A DNA stretch of 64,000 bases, taken from assembly GCA_964492245.1 (NCBI GenBank), contig CAZBJJ010000005.1:7862-71861 (forward strand). Direction: 5' to 3'. The number at the start of each line of letters is the position of its first letter. Position 1 is the stretch's first letter. Both the position numbers and the translations under genes were made by a program. The notes under the pieces were generated by a model, which saw nothing but the letters and a program-made list of their open reading frames with translations, did not search any database and was not told the DNA's origin. Of this stretch, positions 1-7,738 are shown one piece after another. Origin of the DNA: an uncultured Spirochaetales bacterium. GTDB taxonomy: Bacteria; Spirochaetota; Spirochaetia; Treponematales; Breznakiellaceae.

Positions 1-1207
1 CGCACATCTCCGAAAGCGAGGCCCATTCTTGCAGGCTGTGGAAATTGTGCCCGCCGGCAAAGATGTTGGGCGTGGGGATGCCCAGTTCGGTGAGCCGCGA
101 GCCATCGGTGCCCCCTCGGATGGGCCTTCGTACTAGGGGAATATCCAGGCCTTTTACCGCCTCTTCCAGGGCAGAGACCACCTGGGGATTGGCATCCATT
201 TTTGTCTTCATATTGATGTACTGTAACTCGCTTTCTACGCGCACTGAGCCCCGGGGAAATTGAAACTCGACGGTGCGGGCAAATTGTTCCAGGTTTTTAA
301 GGCGCTGTTCCATGCCGCTTTTATCGAAGTCGCGCAAAAAAACTTCCAATTTTGCCTGTTCAAGGTTACCGGTAATTTCCATAGGGCAGTAGTAGCCGTA
401 GCGACCGTCGGTGGCCTCGGGGCTTTCCGAGCGCGGAAGCATAGAGACAAAGCTGGCGGCCATGGCGACGGCGTTTGCCAGTTTGCCTCGCGCATAGCCA
501 ATGTGGATGGGGGCGCCAAAAAAAGTTATATCCGACTTCCAGGCGTTAAAGCATTCGTCTTCAATTTCGCCCAGTCCGCCACCGTCGAGGGTGTAGCAAC
601 TGGTAGCCTTTATTTGCGACTGTGGAAATTCGGGAAGGCCCTTGCCGGTCTCTTCGTCGGGGGTAAAAATTATTTCAAGCGGGGGATGGGGAAGGCCCTC
701 TTTTAAAATACAGGAGAGGGCTGTCATTATTACCGCTATACCCGCCTTGTCGTCGGCGCCCAAAAGAGTTTGGCCATCGCTGGTAATTATGGTGTCGCCA
801 ATATAGTTGTTTAATTCGGGAAAATCGGCGGGAGAAAGCTGTATATTATTTTTAAGTTTTAGGGCTGTTCCATCCCAGTTTTCGTGGACCTGTGGCAGGA
901 CAGCCTTGCCACAGACATCGCTGGCGGTGTCCAAGTGGGCCATAAGGGCAAGACTTGGCAGGTGAACGGCCCCCTGGCTTGCGGGGATGCGGGCAATGAC
1001 ATAGCAGTGTTCGGTAAGCTGCACATTGGCAATGCCCAGGGCTTTAAGCTCTTCCACTAAGAGCCTGGCAAGCTCCCATTGCCCAGCACTTGTGGGCGTT
1101 TCGGCAATATTTCGGTCGCTGGTGGTGTCGATTACCACATAGCGTAAAAATCTTTCCAGAAGGTCATTCTTCCAGGGGACAGCGAGAAAGCGCAATCGAG
1201 TATTCAT
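1..1207 (-). CDS. pepT: Peptidase T (tripeptide aminopeptidase), M20B family. The 3' end runs off the window edge.
   Basis: Not in the ORF track because no stop lies in the window. My manual translation from ATG (complement of 1205-1207) gives MNTRLRFLAVPWKNDLLERFLRYVVIDTTSD...GDTIITSDGQTLLGADDKAGIAVIMTAL...IRGGTDGSRLTELGIPTPNIFAGGHNFHS. These match PepT signature blocks. The frame stays open to position 2. Confidence 0.85.
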   Translation of the reverse strand, partial: MNTRLRFLAVPWKNDLLERFLRYVVIDTTSDRNIAETPTSAGQWELARLLVEELKALGIANVQLTEHCYVIARIPASQGAVHLPSLALMAHLDTASDVCGKAVLPQVHENWDGTALKLKNNIQLSPADFPELNNYIGDTIITSDGQTLLGADDKAGIAVIMTALSCILKEGLPHPPLEIIFTPDEETGKGLPEFPQSQIKATSCYTLDGGGLGEIEDECFNAWKSDITFFGAPIHIGYARGKLANAVAMAASFVSMLPRSESPEATDGRYGYYCPMEITGNLEQAKLEVFLRDFDKSGMEQRLKNLEQFARTVEFQFPRGSVRVESELQYINMKTKMDANPQVVSALEEAVKGLDIPLVRRPIRGGTDGSRLTELGIPTPNIFAGGHNFHSLQEWASLSEMC

Positions 1208-1253
1208 AGTAATTATAATGCCATAGAAAAAGCTGTCAGGGAACAGCCTTGCA

Positions 1254-1283
1254 TTGACGCAGGCGGCTTTGGAGCCGTATAGT
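1254..1283 (+). promoter_or_regulatory. Candidate sigma70-type promoter for clpP (TTGACG, 18-nt spacer, TATAGT)
   Basis: TTGACG at 1254-1259 and TATAGT at 1278-1283, about 30 nt upstream of the clpP start. Pattern match only. Confidence 0.4.
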
Positions 1284-1313
1284 TAGGAGCGAGAACGGCA
1301 GAGGAGTTTTAGA

Positions 1314-1952
1314 ATGCAATACACTAAAAATAAGGATAAAGAGGTCTTAGCCTATCGGCGAGGCCGGTTGGAAGAAGCTGGCGAGGAGGGCTGCGATAAA
1401 AAAGAGGCAGCTATAGACCCTCTTTTAAACAAGATGCTCAAGACCCGGACCATTTTACTATCTGGCGAGGTGAATAAGGATTTGGCAGAGAAAACCATTC
1501 GCCAGCTTTTGCTATTGGAAGATATGGGCGATGAGCCTATCAGGGTTTTTATCGATTCGCCCGGTGGCGATGTGGATGCCGGCTATGCTATTTTCGATAT
1601 GATCCGCTTTGTTAAGCCCGAGGTCTACACCCTGGGAATGGGGCTGGTGGCCAGTGCGGGGGCCCTTATTCTTTTAGCTGCGCCAAAAGAGCGTCGCCTA
1701 GGGCTGCCGAATAGCCATTATTTAATTCATCAGCCCCTATCGGGTATTCGGGGAGTGGCCACCGATATAGAAATTCATGCTCGGGAGTTGGAGAAACTCA
1801 GGGTTAAAATAAACCAACTTATTGCCGAAGAGACCGGGGTAAAACTTAAACAGGTGGAAAAAGATACCGACCGCGATTTTTGGATGAGTGCGACCGAGGC
1901 CCAGGAATATGGGCTTATTTCTCGAATTGTCGTCTCGCGGGCAGAGCTTTAG
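1314..1952 (+). CDS. clpP: ATP-dependent Clp protease proteolytic subunit with an N-terminal extension of about 40 aa
   Basis: GAGGAG RBS 7 nt upstream of the ATG. ClpP blocks are present: IDSPGGDV, GMGLVASAGALIL (catalytic Ser) and YLIHQPLSG (catalytic His). No clpX gene is adjacent. Confidence 0.9.
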   Translation: MQYTKNKDKEVLAYRRGRLEEAGEEGCDKKEAAIDPLLNKMLKTRTILLSGEVNKDLAEKTIRQLLLLEDMGDEPIRVFIDSPGGDVDAGYAIFDMIRFVKPEVYTLGMGLVASAGALILLAAPKERRLGLPNSHYLIHQPLSGIRGVATDIEIHARELEKLRVKINQLIAEETGVKLKQVEKDTDRDFWMSATEAQEYGLISRIVVSRAEL

Positions 1953-2036
1953 GAGAAATGCCATAAAAAAATAAAAATATTTAAAAATAATAGCTATAAT
2001 CTGATGTTTTGGGCATACCTATATATGGAGGTGGGT

Positions 2037-3122
2037 ATGTCCTATTTTTTTTCAAACCAAAGGTCGGTAAAACCTGCTATTGTCGGTGCTCTTTTTGCGA
2101 CTCTTTTTGTGTGTATTTCCTGCGAACCGGAGGCGGAAAAACCCAAAGAGAGCCTTCGCATTGTCTCTTGGAATATTCAAAATCTCTTCGACGCGGTAGA
2201 AGACGGCACTGAATATACTGAATTTACGGCAGCTGGCGGTTGGACCGAAGAGCGCTTAGCGCACCGCTTGGAACTATTGGCGGTGGCTGCTAAGGCCCTG
2301 CTGAGCCCAGGGGTACCCGATGTCATTGTGCTTTTGGAGGTGGAAAACGAACATGTCCTTTCGATGTTCAGAGACTCTTGCCTACAGGGGCGGGGCTATA
2401 TTCACCAGGCTTGGGCCGGCAGCGAGTCGATGGCGGTGGGGGTGGGAGTTTTAAGCAGGAGGGCCCTAAAGGATCTTGCTGTGCATCAATTTTCGGTCTA
2501 TGGCGAAGAAGAACTGCGGCCCGTCTTGGAGTGCGCTATCAATATAATGGACGAAGACGTGCGAATATTTGCCTGCCATTGGAAGAGCAAATTGGGTGGG
2601 GCCGATGAAACTGAGCATTTGCGGCGCCGGACAGCCTTGCTTATAAACAGGCGTTTGGCGGAACTTGCAGACCTTGAGCCAAAGCAAAACATTCTGCTTA
2701 TGGGCGATTTAAACTGTAATATTGATGAGTTTGACCGCCGAAATAGAACAGTGGCCACGGCGCTTTTGCCTCCAACTGGCCTTGCAATGGATATGGCGGG
2801 AAGCGAAAGCTCAATCCTTGTCGATAGTAAGGCCGGCTGGGACGAAAAGAGTAAGCGCATTGTTTTTATGTCGCCCTGGCTCCACAGCGATTACGAGGGC
2901 TCGTATTGTTATTCTGGGAATTGGGAGACGATAGATCATATCTTATTGGGCCCCGGTTTTTTTGATAAGCAGGCCTGGGAGTATCGGGGTTTTGTTGTAT
3001 TCGATAGCCAGCCCTTTACCAATGCAGCTGGTATGCCATTTAGATATTCGCCCAATACCGGCCTGGGCTATAGCGACCATCTGCCGGTAGCCGTCGATTT
3101 AAACTTTGTACCTCTGCCCTAA
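2037..3122 (+). CDS. Endonuclease/exonuclease/phosphatase (EEP) family protein, probable lipoprotein
   Basis: GGAGGTG RBS before ATG 2037, which is in frame with the track ORF starting at 2004. The N-terminus is hydrophobic with a Cys (LFVCISC). LRIVSWNIQNLFD and the C-terminal SDHLPV are typical EEP motifs. Confidence 0.7.
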   Translation: MSYFFSNQRSVKPAIVGALFATLFVCISCEPEAEKPKESLRIVSWNIQNLFDAVEDGTEYTEFTAAGGWTEERLAHRLELLAVAAKALLSPGVPDVIVLLEVENEHVLSMFRDSCLQGRGYIHQAWAGSESMAVGVGVLSRRALKDLAVHQFSVYGEEELRPVLECAINIMDEDVRIFACHWKSKLGGADETEHLRRRTALLINRRLAELADLEPKQNILLMGDLNCNIDEFDRRNRTVATALLPPTGLAMDMAGSESSILVDSKAGWDEKSKRIVFMSPWLHSDYEGSYCYSGNWETIDHILLGPGFFDKQAWEYRGFVVFDSQPFTNAAGMPFRYSPNTGLGYSDHLPVAVDLNFVPLP

Positions 3123-3149
3123 AACAATCCTTAAGTTCTTTGTCAGGTA

Positions 3150-3179
3150 TTGACTATCAGCGGTGTTTTAATGTAACTT
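3150..3179 (+). promoter_or_regulatory. Weak candidate promoter for feoAB (TTGACT, 18-nt spacer, TAACTT)
   Basis: TTGACT at 3150-3155 and TAACTT at 3174-3179. This would put the transcription start next to the palindrome at 3187. Pattern match only. Confidence 0.3.
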
Positions 3180-3186
3180 TTATGCA

Positions 3187-3218
3187 GGTTCACAGATTAA
3201 TTCTGTGAACCACTTTTT
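3187..3218 (+). terminator. Perfect 10-bp-arm hairpin followed by a T-run. It could be an intrinsic terminator of the EEP gene or an operator/attenuator of feoAB.
   Basis: GGTTCACAGA (3187-3196), loop TTAAT, TCTGTGAACC (3202-3211), then ACTTTTT. It lies 65 nt after the EEP stop and 67 nt before the feoA start. Confidence 0.45.
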
Positions 3219-3220
3219 AA

Positions 3221-3246
3221 AATGTTAGTTAGCCATATCTAACATT
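3221..3246. promoter_or_regulatory. Second inverted repeat upstream of feoA (AATGTTAG, 10-nt gap, CTAACATT)
   Basis: 8-bp perfect arms at 3221-3228 and 3239-3246, 32 nt upstream of the feoA ATG. Function unknown. Confidence 0.25.
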
Positions 3247-3277
3247 GACTGTTAGGAATTGTGCTGTGGAGGCAGAT

Positions 3278-3760
3278 ATGGTGCTCTGTGAGGTACCGCC
3301 GGGGGCGTCCTTTAAAGTGATAAGGGTATTGCTCAATAAGGAAGTTGGCCGGCGTTTGGCAGATATGGGTTTTACGAGCAATACCGAAGGTGCAGTAATT
3401 CGCGCGGGCTTTTGGCGTGGCCCCTTGCAAATTCGTATTCGGGGTTACGATGTTATTATTCGTCGTTGCGAGGCAGCGGGCATAGAAATTGAGCCCCTGG
3501 GCGATTGGTCGGCCGTTGTCGATTCTCGCAAAATTAAAAACCGCGTTTTTACCGGTCCACAGTGGCGGCAGCGAAATAAGCTCTGCGAAGGCTGCGATAC
3601 CGCTCCTCGCTTGGGTCGAGGTGGCGCCACTGGGCGTGGCGGCGGCACTGGAAGTGGCGGCGCCCCTGGAAGTGGCGGCGCCACTGGAAGTGGCGGCGCC
3701 ACTGGAAGTGGCGGCGGCCTTCACGGCAGACCCGATGACAGCCAGGGGGAAGACGTATGA
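3278..3760 (+). CDS. feoA: FeoA-domain protein with a C-terminal extension of about 85 aa that carries a Gly-rich repeat
   Basis: GGAGG sits 6 nt upstream of ATG 3278. VLCEVPPGASFKVIRVL...GRRLADMGFTSNTEGAVIRAGFWRGPLQIRIRGYDVIIRRCEAAGIEIEPL is a FeoA SH3-like domain. The stop TGA overlaps the feoB ATG (ATGA at 3757-3760). Confidence 0.75.
   Translation: MVLCEVPPGASFKVIRVLLNKEVGRRLADMGFTSNTEGAVIRAGFWRGPLQIRIRGYDVIIRRCEAAGIEIEPLGDWSAVVDSRKIKNRVFTGPQWRQRNKLCEGCDTAPRLGRGGATGRGGGTGSGGAPGSGGATGSGGATGSGGGLHGRPDDSQGEDV
3620..3727 (+). repeat. 18-bp tandem repeat of about 6 copies, in frame in the feoA tail, encoding (GGATGS)n
   Basis: Units start at 3620, 3638, 3656, 3674, 3692 and 3710. Copies 4 and 5 are identical (ggcggcgccactggaagt). 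Both outer copies are degenerate. Confidence 0.9.
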
Positions 3761-5925
3761 GTACGCATACACGAGAAGGGATAGCTAGCCAAAGGGAAAT
3801 ACGCATTGCCCTTGCGGGAAATCCAAACTGTGGCAAGACAACGCTTTTTAATGCCATTACGGGCTCTCACCATAAGGTGGGCAATTACCCTGGAGTAACC
3901 GTAGAAAAACGCGAGGGAAGCCTGCAGCACGGCGATAGACGCTACCGCTTTACCGATTTACCAGGTATTTATTCGCTTACAGCCTACTCGCAGGATGAGG
4001 TGGTGGCCCGAGACTTTTTGCTGGACGAAAAGCCCGATCTTATCATTGATGTGCTCGATTCCACCAATTTGGACCGAAACCTCTATCTTTGCCTGCAGTT
4101 CCAGGAACTGGGCATCCCCGTTATTGGCGCCTTAAACATGAGCGACGAGGCAGAGGAAAAGGGCATTTCAATTGATGTCAAAGCCCTTAGCGAAATACTC
4201 GGCATGCCCTTGGTAAAGACAACTGCCTCGAAGGGACAGGGAATAGACGAGCTCTTACAGGCGGCAGACCGCCTTATGGATGCCCCCAAGCAGATGGATC
4301 TGCGCTCGGTCCACTATGGCAGCGAAATAGAGACCTGGTTGCAGGCGATTCAAAAAGAAATAGAAAAAGATGCCGTCTTTGCCCAGCACTATCCAAACCG
4401 CTGGCTGGCGGTAAAGCTTTTAGAGAAAGACAGCAATGTGCTTGAGCGCCTAGAAAAGCATCAATATAAAACGAAACTCCTTGAAAAAACCCAAGAGGCT
4501 ATTCTTTGGATAGAAAAACACTATGGACGCGATGCAGAGATAGTTGTCTCCGAACAGCGCTATGGCTATATCCATGGCGCCTGTAAAGAGACCGTTAAGG
4601 TGCGACCAAAAATTAATTTTTCGGTAACCGAGGCGGTGGATAGGGTTATTATGAACCGCTATCTTGCCCTGCCCATTTTTGTGGGCGTGCTTTGGGCCGT
4701 TTTTCAGCTCACCTTTATTCTGGGCGAATACCCCATGCTGTGGTTGGAAAACCTGTTTACCCTTATTAGCAATGGGCTCAATGCCGCCTTGCCAGATACT
4801 ATTTTGCGCTCCCTTTTAGTCGACGGCATTATTGGCGGGGTGGGCGGGGTCTTTTCCTTTGTGCCTCTTATTGTCATTCTCTTTTTCTTGCTCTCGCTGC
4901 TCGAAGACTTAGGCTATATGTCCCGGGCGGCCTTTGCCTGCGACAAAACCCTGCATGCCTTTGGCCTGCATGGACAGTCGATCTTTCCCCTCATGTTGGG
5001 CTTTGGCTGCTCGGTACCGGCAATAATGGCGGCCAGAACATTAAAGAGCCCGCGCGATCGCATTGTAACGGTGCTTGTTGTACCCTTTATGAGCTGCGGG
5101 GCGAAACTGCCCGTGCACGTCCTTTTGGCAGCCGCATTTTTCCCAGAGAACGCGGCAAATATGGTTATGATTATTTACGCGATTGGGGTTGTTATTGCCC
5201 TTGCTTCGGCCTGGGTGCTCAAAAAAACTGTCCTGCGCGGCGATCCCACCCCCTTTGTCATGGAGCTCCCCCCTTACCGGGCGCCCACCCTGCGCGGACT
5301 GCTCTGGCATGTCTGGGAAAAAACCTGGATATACATCCGCAAAGCGGGAACTGTTATTTTGGCCTCTACCATTTTAATTTGGGTAATAACCAGCTTCCCT
5401 GCCTACGAACCAGGACCCGCAGTTATCGAGGGCTGGAAAGCGGAATTTGTGCAGGAACATGGGCAGCTGGATGATGAAGAATTTGCCGGTTTTGTGGAGA
5501 CCTCCACCGCCCAGGCGGCACTATCACATAGCTATGCGGGGCGCATAGGGCATTTTATAGAACCAATATTTAAGCCCATGGGCTTCGACTGGAAAATAGC
5601 GGTGGCCAGCGTTACCGGCTTTGCCGCAAAGGAAATTGTAGTCTCCACCCTCGGCGTATTATACCGGGTGGGCGTTGACGAAACCGAGGAAAGTGAAAGC
5701 TTGCGCGAGGCCCTAAAGCGAGATCCCATATTTAATCCGCTTGTGGCCTTTACGCTTATGCTCTTTATTCTGATAATCCCCCCCTGTTTTGCCGCACTCA
5801 GTGCAATACGGGCAGAATTGGGCGGGAAGTGGCTGGGCTTTGCGATTGTGTTCATGCTCTCTTTGGGCTGGACCCTCTCTTTCGCAGTGTATTATGTGGG
5901 ATCCCTGTTTGGGATAGGAGTGTAG
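3757..5925 (+). CDS. feoB: Ferrous iron transporter FeoB (N-terminal G domain plus permease)
   Basis: G1 motif IALAGNPNCGKTTLFNAITG, DLPGIYSL, and a long polytopic C-terminal domain. Translationally coupled to feoA. Confidence 0.95.
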   Translation: MSTHTREGIASQREIRIALAGNPNCGKTTLFNAITGSHHKVGNYPGVTVEKREGSLQHGDRRYRFTDLPGIYSLTAYSQDEVVARDFLLDEKPDLIIDVLDSTNLDRNLYLCLQFQELGIPVIGALNMSDEAEEKGISIDVKALSEILGMPLVKTTASKGQGIDELLQAADRLMDAPKQMDLRSVHYGSEIETWLQAIQKEIEKDAVFAQHYPNRWLAVKLLEKDSNVLERLEKHQYKTKLLEKTQEAILWIEKHYGRDAEIVVSEQRYGYIHGACKETVKVRPKINFSVTEAVDRVIMNRYLALPIFVGVLWAVFQLTFILGEYPMLWLENLFTLISNGLNAALPDTILRSLLVDGIIGGVGGVFSFVPLIVILFFLLSLLEDLGYMSRAAFACDKTLHAFGLHGQSIFPLMLGFGCSVPAIMAARTLKSPRDRIVTVLVVPFMSCGAKLPVHVLLAAAFFPENAANMVMIIYAIGVVIALASAWVLKKTVLRGDPTPFVMELPPYRAPTLRGLLWHVWEKTWIYIRKAGTVILASTILIWVITSFPAYEPGPAVIEGWKAEFVQEHGQLDDEEFAGFVETSTAQAALSHSYAGRIGHFIEPIFKPMGFDWKIAVASVTGFAAKEIVVSTLGVLYRVGVDETEESESLREALKRDPIFNPLVAFTLMLFILIIPPCFAALSAIRAELGGKWLGFAIVFMLSLGWTLSFAVYYVGSLFGIGV

Positions 5926-5926
5926 A

Positions 5927-6181
5927 ATGCCAAGTATCGAAACCCTTGTTGTCGCTATAATTGTTATATTTGCCGCTGCCTTTGTACTGCTGCGGGTGGT
6001 TAAGACCTTTCGCGGAGGAAGACCCGCCTGCTGTACGGGAGGGGATGAAAAAACAGGAAAGGCCTTGGGCTTTGGGGCCTCTTCGTGTGATACTACTTCC
6101 TGTGCCTCCTGCCCTATGTACAGTAGCACGTTTAAGGCCTTGAATGATGGTGGAAGCTCTAGGCCAACAGAAAACCTATAA
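5927..6181 (+). CDS. FeoB-associated Cys-rich small membrane protein
   Basis: Starts 1 nt after the feoB stop, with a TAGGAG RBS. It has one N-terminal TM helix and then a Cys-rich tail (ACCTGG, SSCDTTSCASCP). At 84 aa it is longer than the roughly 50-60 aa I recall as typical for the family. Its 3' end overlaps the convergent gene by 23 nt. Confidence 0.6.
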   Translation: MPSIETLVVAIIVIFAAAFVLLRVVKTFRGGRPACCTGGDEKTGKALGFGASSCDTTSCASCPMYSSTFKALNDGGSSRPTENL

Positions 6182-7082
6182 GCGGGCTGGCTGCCCAAAG
6201 AGAAAACAGCAGCATAGTGCTGTAAGAGGCCAGTTCCAACAGGGCTGCTGTTTTTTCAATTAGGCCCTCGCGGTTTTTAAGCTGTTTGAATAAGCCGGTG
6301 CGACCAAACCATGCTAGGTAGGCAGTGGCCGATATGACCACGGCCATGCCAAGGGACATTGCAAAAACGGCCAGTATGCCGTACAGACGCAGGCCCATAA
6401 CCAGGGAAAAAAGCAGGACCATGGTCGCACCTGGGCAGGGCACTAGGCTGGTAACAATTATAAGAGTCCAAACGCCCTGCTCCTTGGAGCTGTTGCCGTG
6501 TTCGTGTTTTACCTTGCCGGCAAGGCGCAATAGGACCCGCACAATTAAAACAAGCGAAATAAGGGCCAGCAACATAAAGCTGGCATATTCTACCAGAAAG
6601 CTGCTATCGCTCACTTCGGCAATATGGGCCACGGCCCCCTGGGCCAGACTTAAAACGCCCACTAAAAGGACGGCGCTCAGTGCGTGGATTGTTGCCGACA
6701 AAAACCCGGCCAAGGCTGGCTTCCACCAAGCGGCCTTTCGCGCAATAAAAAGGCTAAAAACGACGGTTTTGCGGTGGCCGGGGCCGGCTGCATGTAAAAA
6801 CCCATAGACAAAGGCAAAGGCCAGTACGAGCAAAAGGGTAGATTTCGATGCATCCTCTGCAATGGCAGAAAAAAGCTCTGCTATGCGTTCGCGCAGCTCA
6901 AATTGCAATTTGGAAATGTGTCGGTAAAATTGCCCACTCCCAGAACCTGTCATTGGGGCGGGAAGGGCTTTTTTTTCGCTGGGGTTTGTAAAGGGATTTG
7001 CCATCAATTTAACGGGCAGAGGGGCAAGGCCCAATACAAAAGAAAAAACTAAAAATGCCGCAAGGCGGCGAGGTCTATTCAA
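6159..7082 (-). CDS. NicO/RcnA-like nickel/cobalt-type metal transporter permease (COG2215-like)
   Basis: Polytopic membrane protein with the FLHAAGPGHRKTV motif and a second-half LVPCPGATMVLLFSL motif. It overlaps the upstream DUF1007 gene by 8 nt. Confidence 0.7.
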   Translation of the reverse strand: MNRPRRLAAFLVFSFVLGLAPLPVKLMANPFTNPSEKKALPAPMTGSGSGQFYRHISKLQFELRERIAELFSAIAEDASKSTLLLVLAFAFVYGFLHAAGPGHRKTVVFSLFIARKAAWWKPALAGFLSATIHALSAVLLVGVLSLAQGAVAHIAEVSDSSFLVEYASFMLLALISLVLIVRVLLRLAGKVKHEHGNSSKEQGVWTLIIVTSLVPCPGATMVLLFSLVMGLRLYGILAVFAMSLGMAVVISATAYLAWFGRTGLFKQLKNREGLIEKTAALLELASYSTMLLFSLWAASPLIGFLLA

Positions 7083-7737
7083 AACGAATCTCTATTTCTT
7101 CGGGATAGGCGGTCTCAAGGCCCGGCTTCCAGCTGGCATAGACAGTGCTATCCGTCGCCGCCCCAAAGGGATTGTAATATACCGGATAATCTTTATTTTC
7201 CTTGCGTGTCCAAATGGGAACTGCAGCTCCATCCAGTTTTTGGACAATGCTCACCGCCGGCTGGCGGTATTCAATATCGCAATAAAAAGTTGTATCGAAA
7301 ATGGCCAGCGAAAAATTGTTGCCCAGCTTGTTCTGTGCCAAGGGGATAAAAAACCGATAATTAAGTGCTGCATCGTCGACCCAGGCAGAAAAATTGCTCA
7401 CCGAAATAGGGCTAAAACGCTTCTGGCCCACTCGAATTAAAACAAAATAGCCATAGTGTTCAAGATTTTTAAAACCATAATTGTACATCTTCTCGTTTTC
7501 CTGTGCAGAAAACACCCGCCTTCCCTTACCACCAGAACCTGGTAGGCCGGCCCCCTGCAGCATGTTTATACTGAACATCTGGTCGAATTCCCACTCTACC
7601 CAGGCGCCATCGCAGCGTTCTCCAGTAAATTCATATTCTATTTTGGCCTTGGCCCAGACATGGGGGTGGGCGGCAAGAGGTGCAAGGTTCGGTAAACCAA
7701 TAGCTCCAAGCAGAGCGAAGTAAAAAAGTTTTCGCAT
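7075..7737 (-). CDS. DUF1007 periplasmic protein, the usual partner of the NicO-like permease
   Basis: AAGGA RBS before ATG at 7737. A signal peptide (MRKLFYFALLGAIGL...LAA) is followed by HPHVWAKAKIEY, the N-terminal HPHV signature typical of DUF1007. The track start at 7821 would overlap the SDR gene. Confidence 0.65.
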   Translation of the reverse strand: MRKLFYFALLGAIGLPNLAPLAAHPHVWAKAKIEYEFTGERCDGAWVEWEFDQMFSINMLQGAGLPGSGGKGRRVFSAQENEKMYNYGFKNLEHYGYFVLIRVGQKRFSPISVSNFSAWVDDAALNYRFFIPLAQNKLGNNFSLAIFDTTFYCDIEYRQPAVSIVQKLDGAAVPIWTRKENKDYPVYYNPFGAATDSTVYASWKPGLETAYPEEIEIRFE

Positions 7738-7738
7738 T

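Noticed and set aside
3239-3857. Several long ORFs in other frames or on the other strand across the feoA tail (3239..3772 minus, 3445..3702 minus, 3489..3788 plus, 3549..3857 minus)
   Set aside because: They are open only because the GC-rich 18-bp repeat lacks stop codons in all frames. The plus-frame FeoA homology upstream and the ATGA coupling to feoB identify the real frame.
5713-6198. 161-aa minus-strand ORF overlapping the end of feoB and the Cys-rich peptide gene
   Set aside because: It is antisense to strongly supported feoB coding sequence and its product has no recognisable features.
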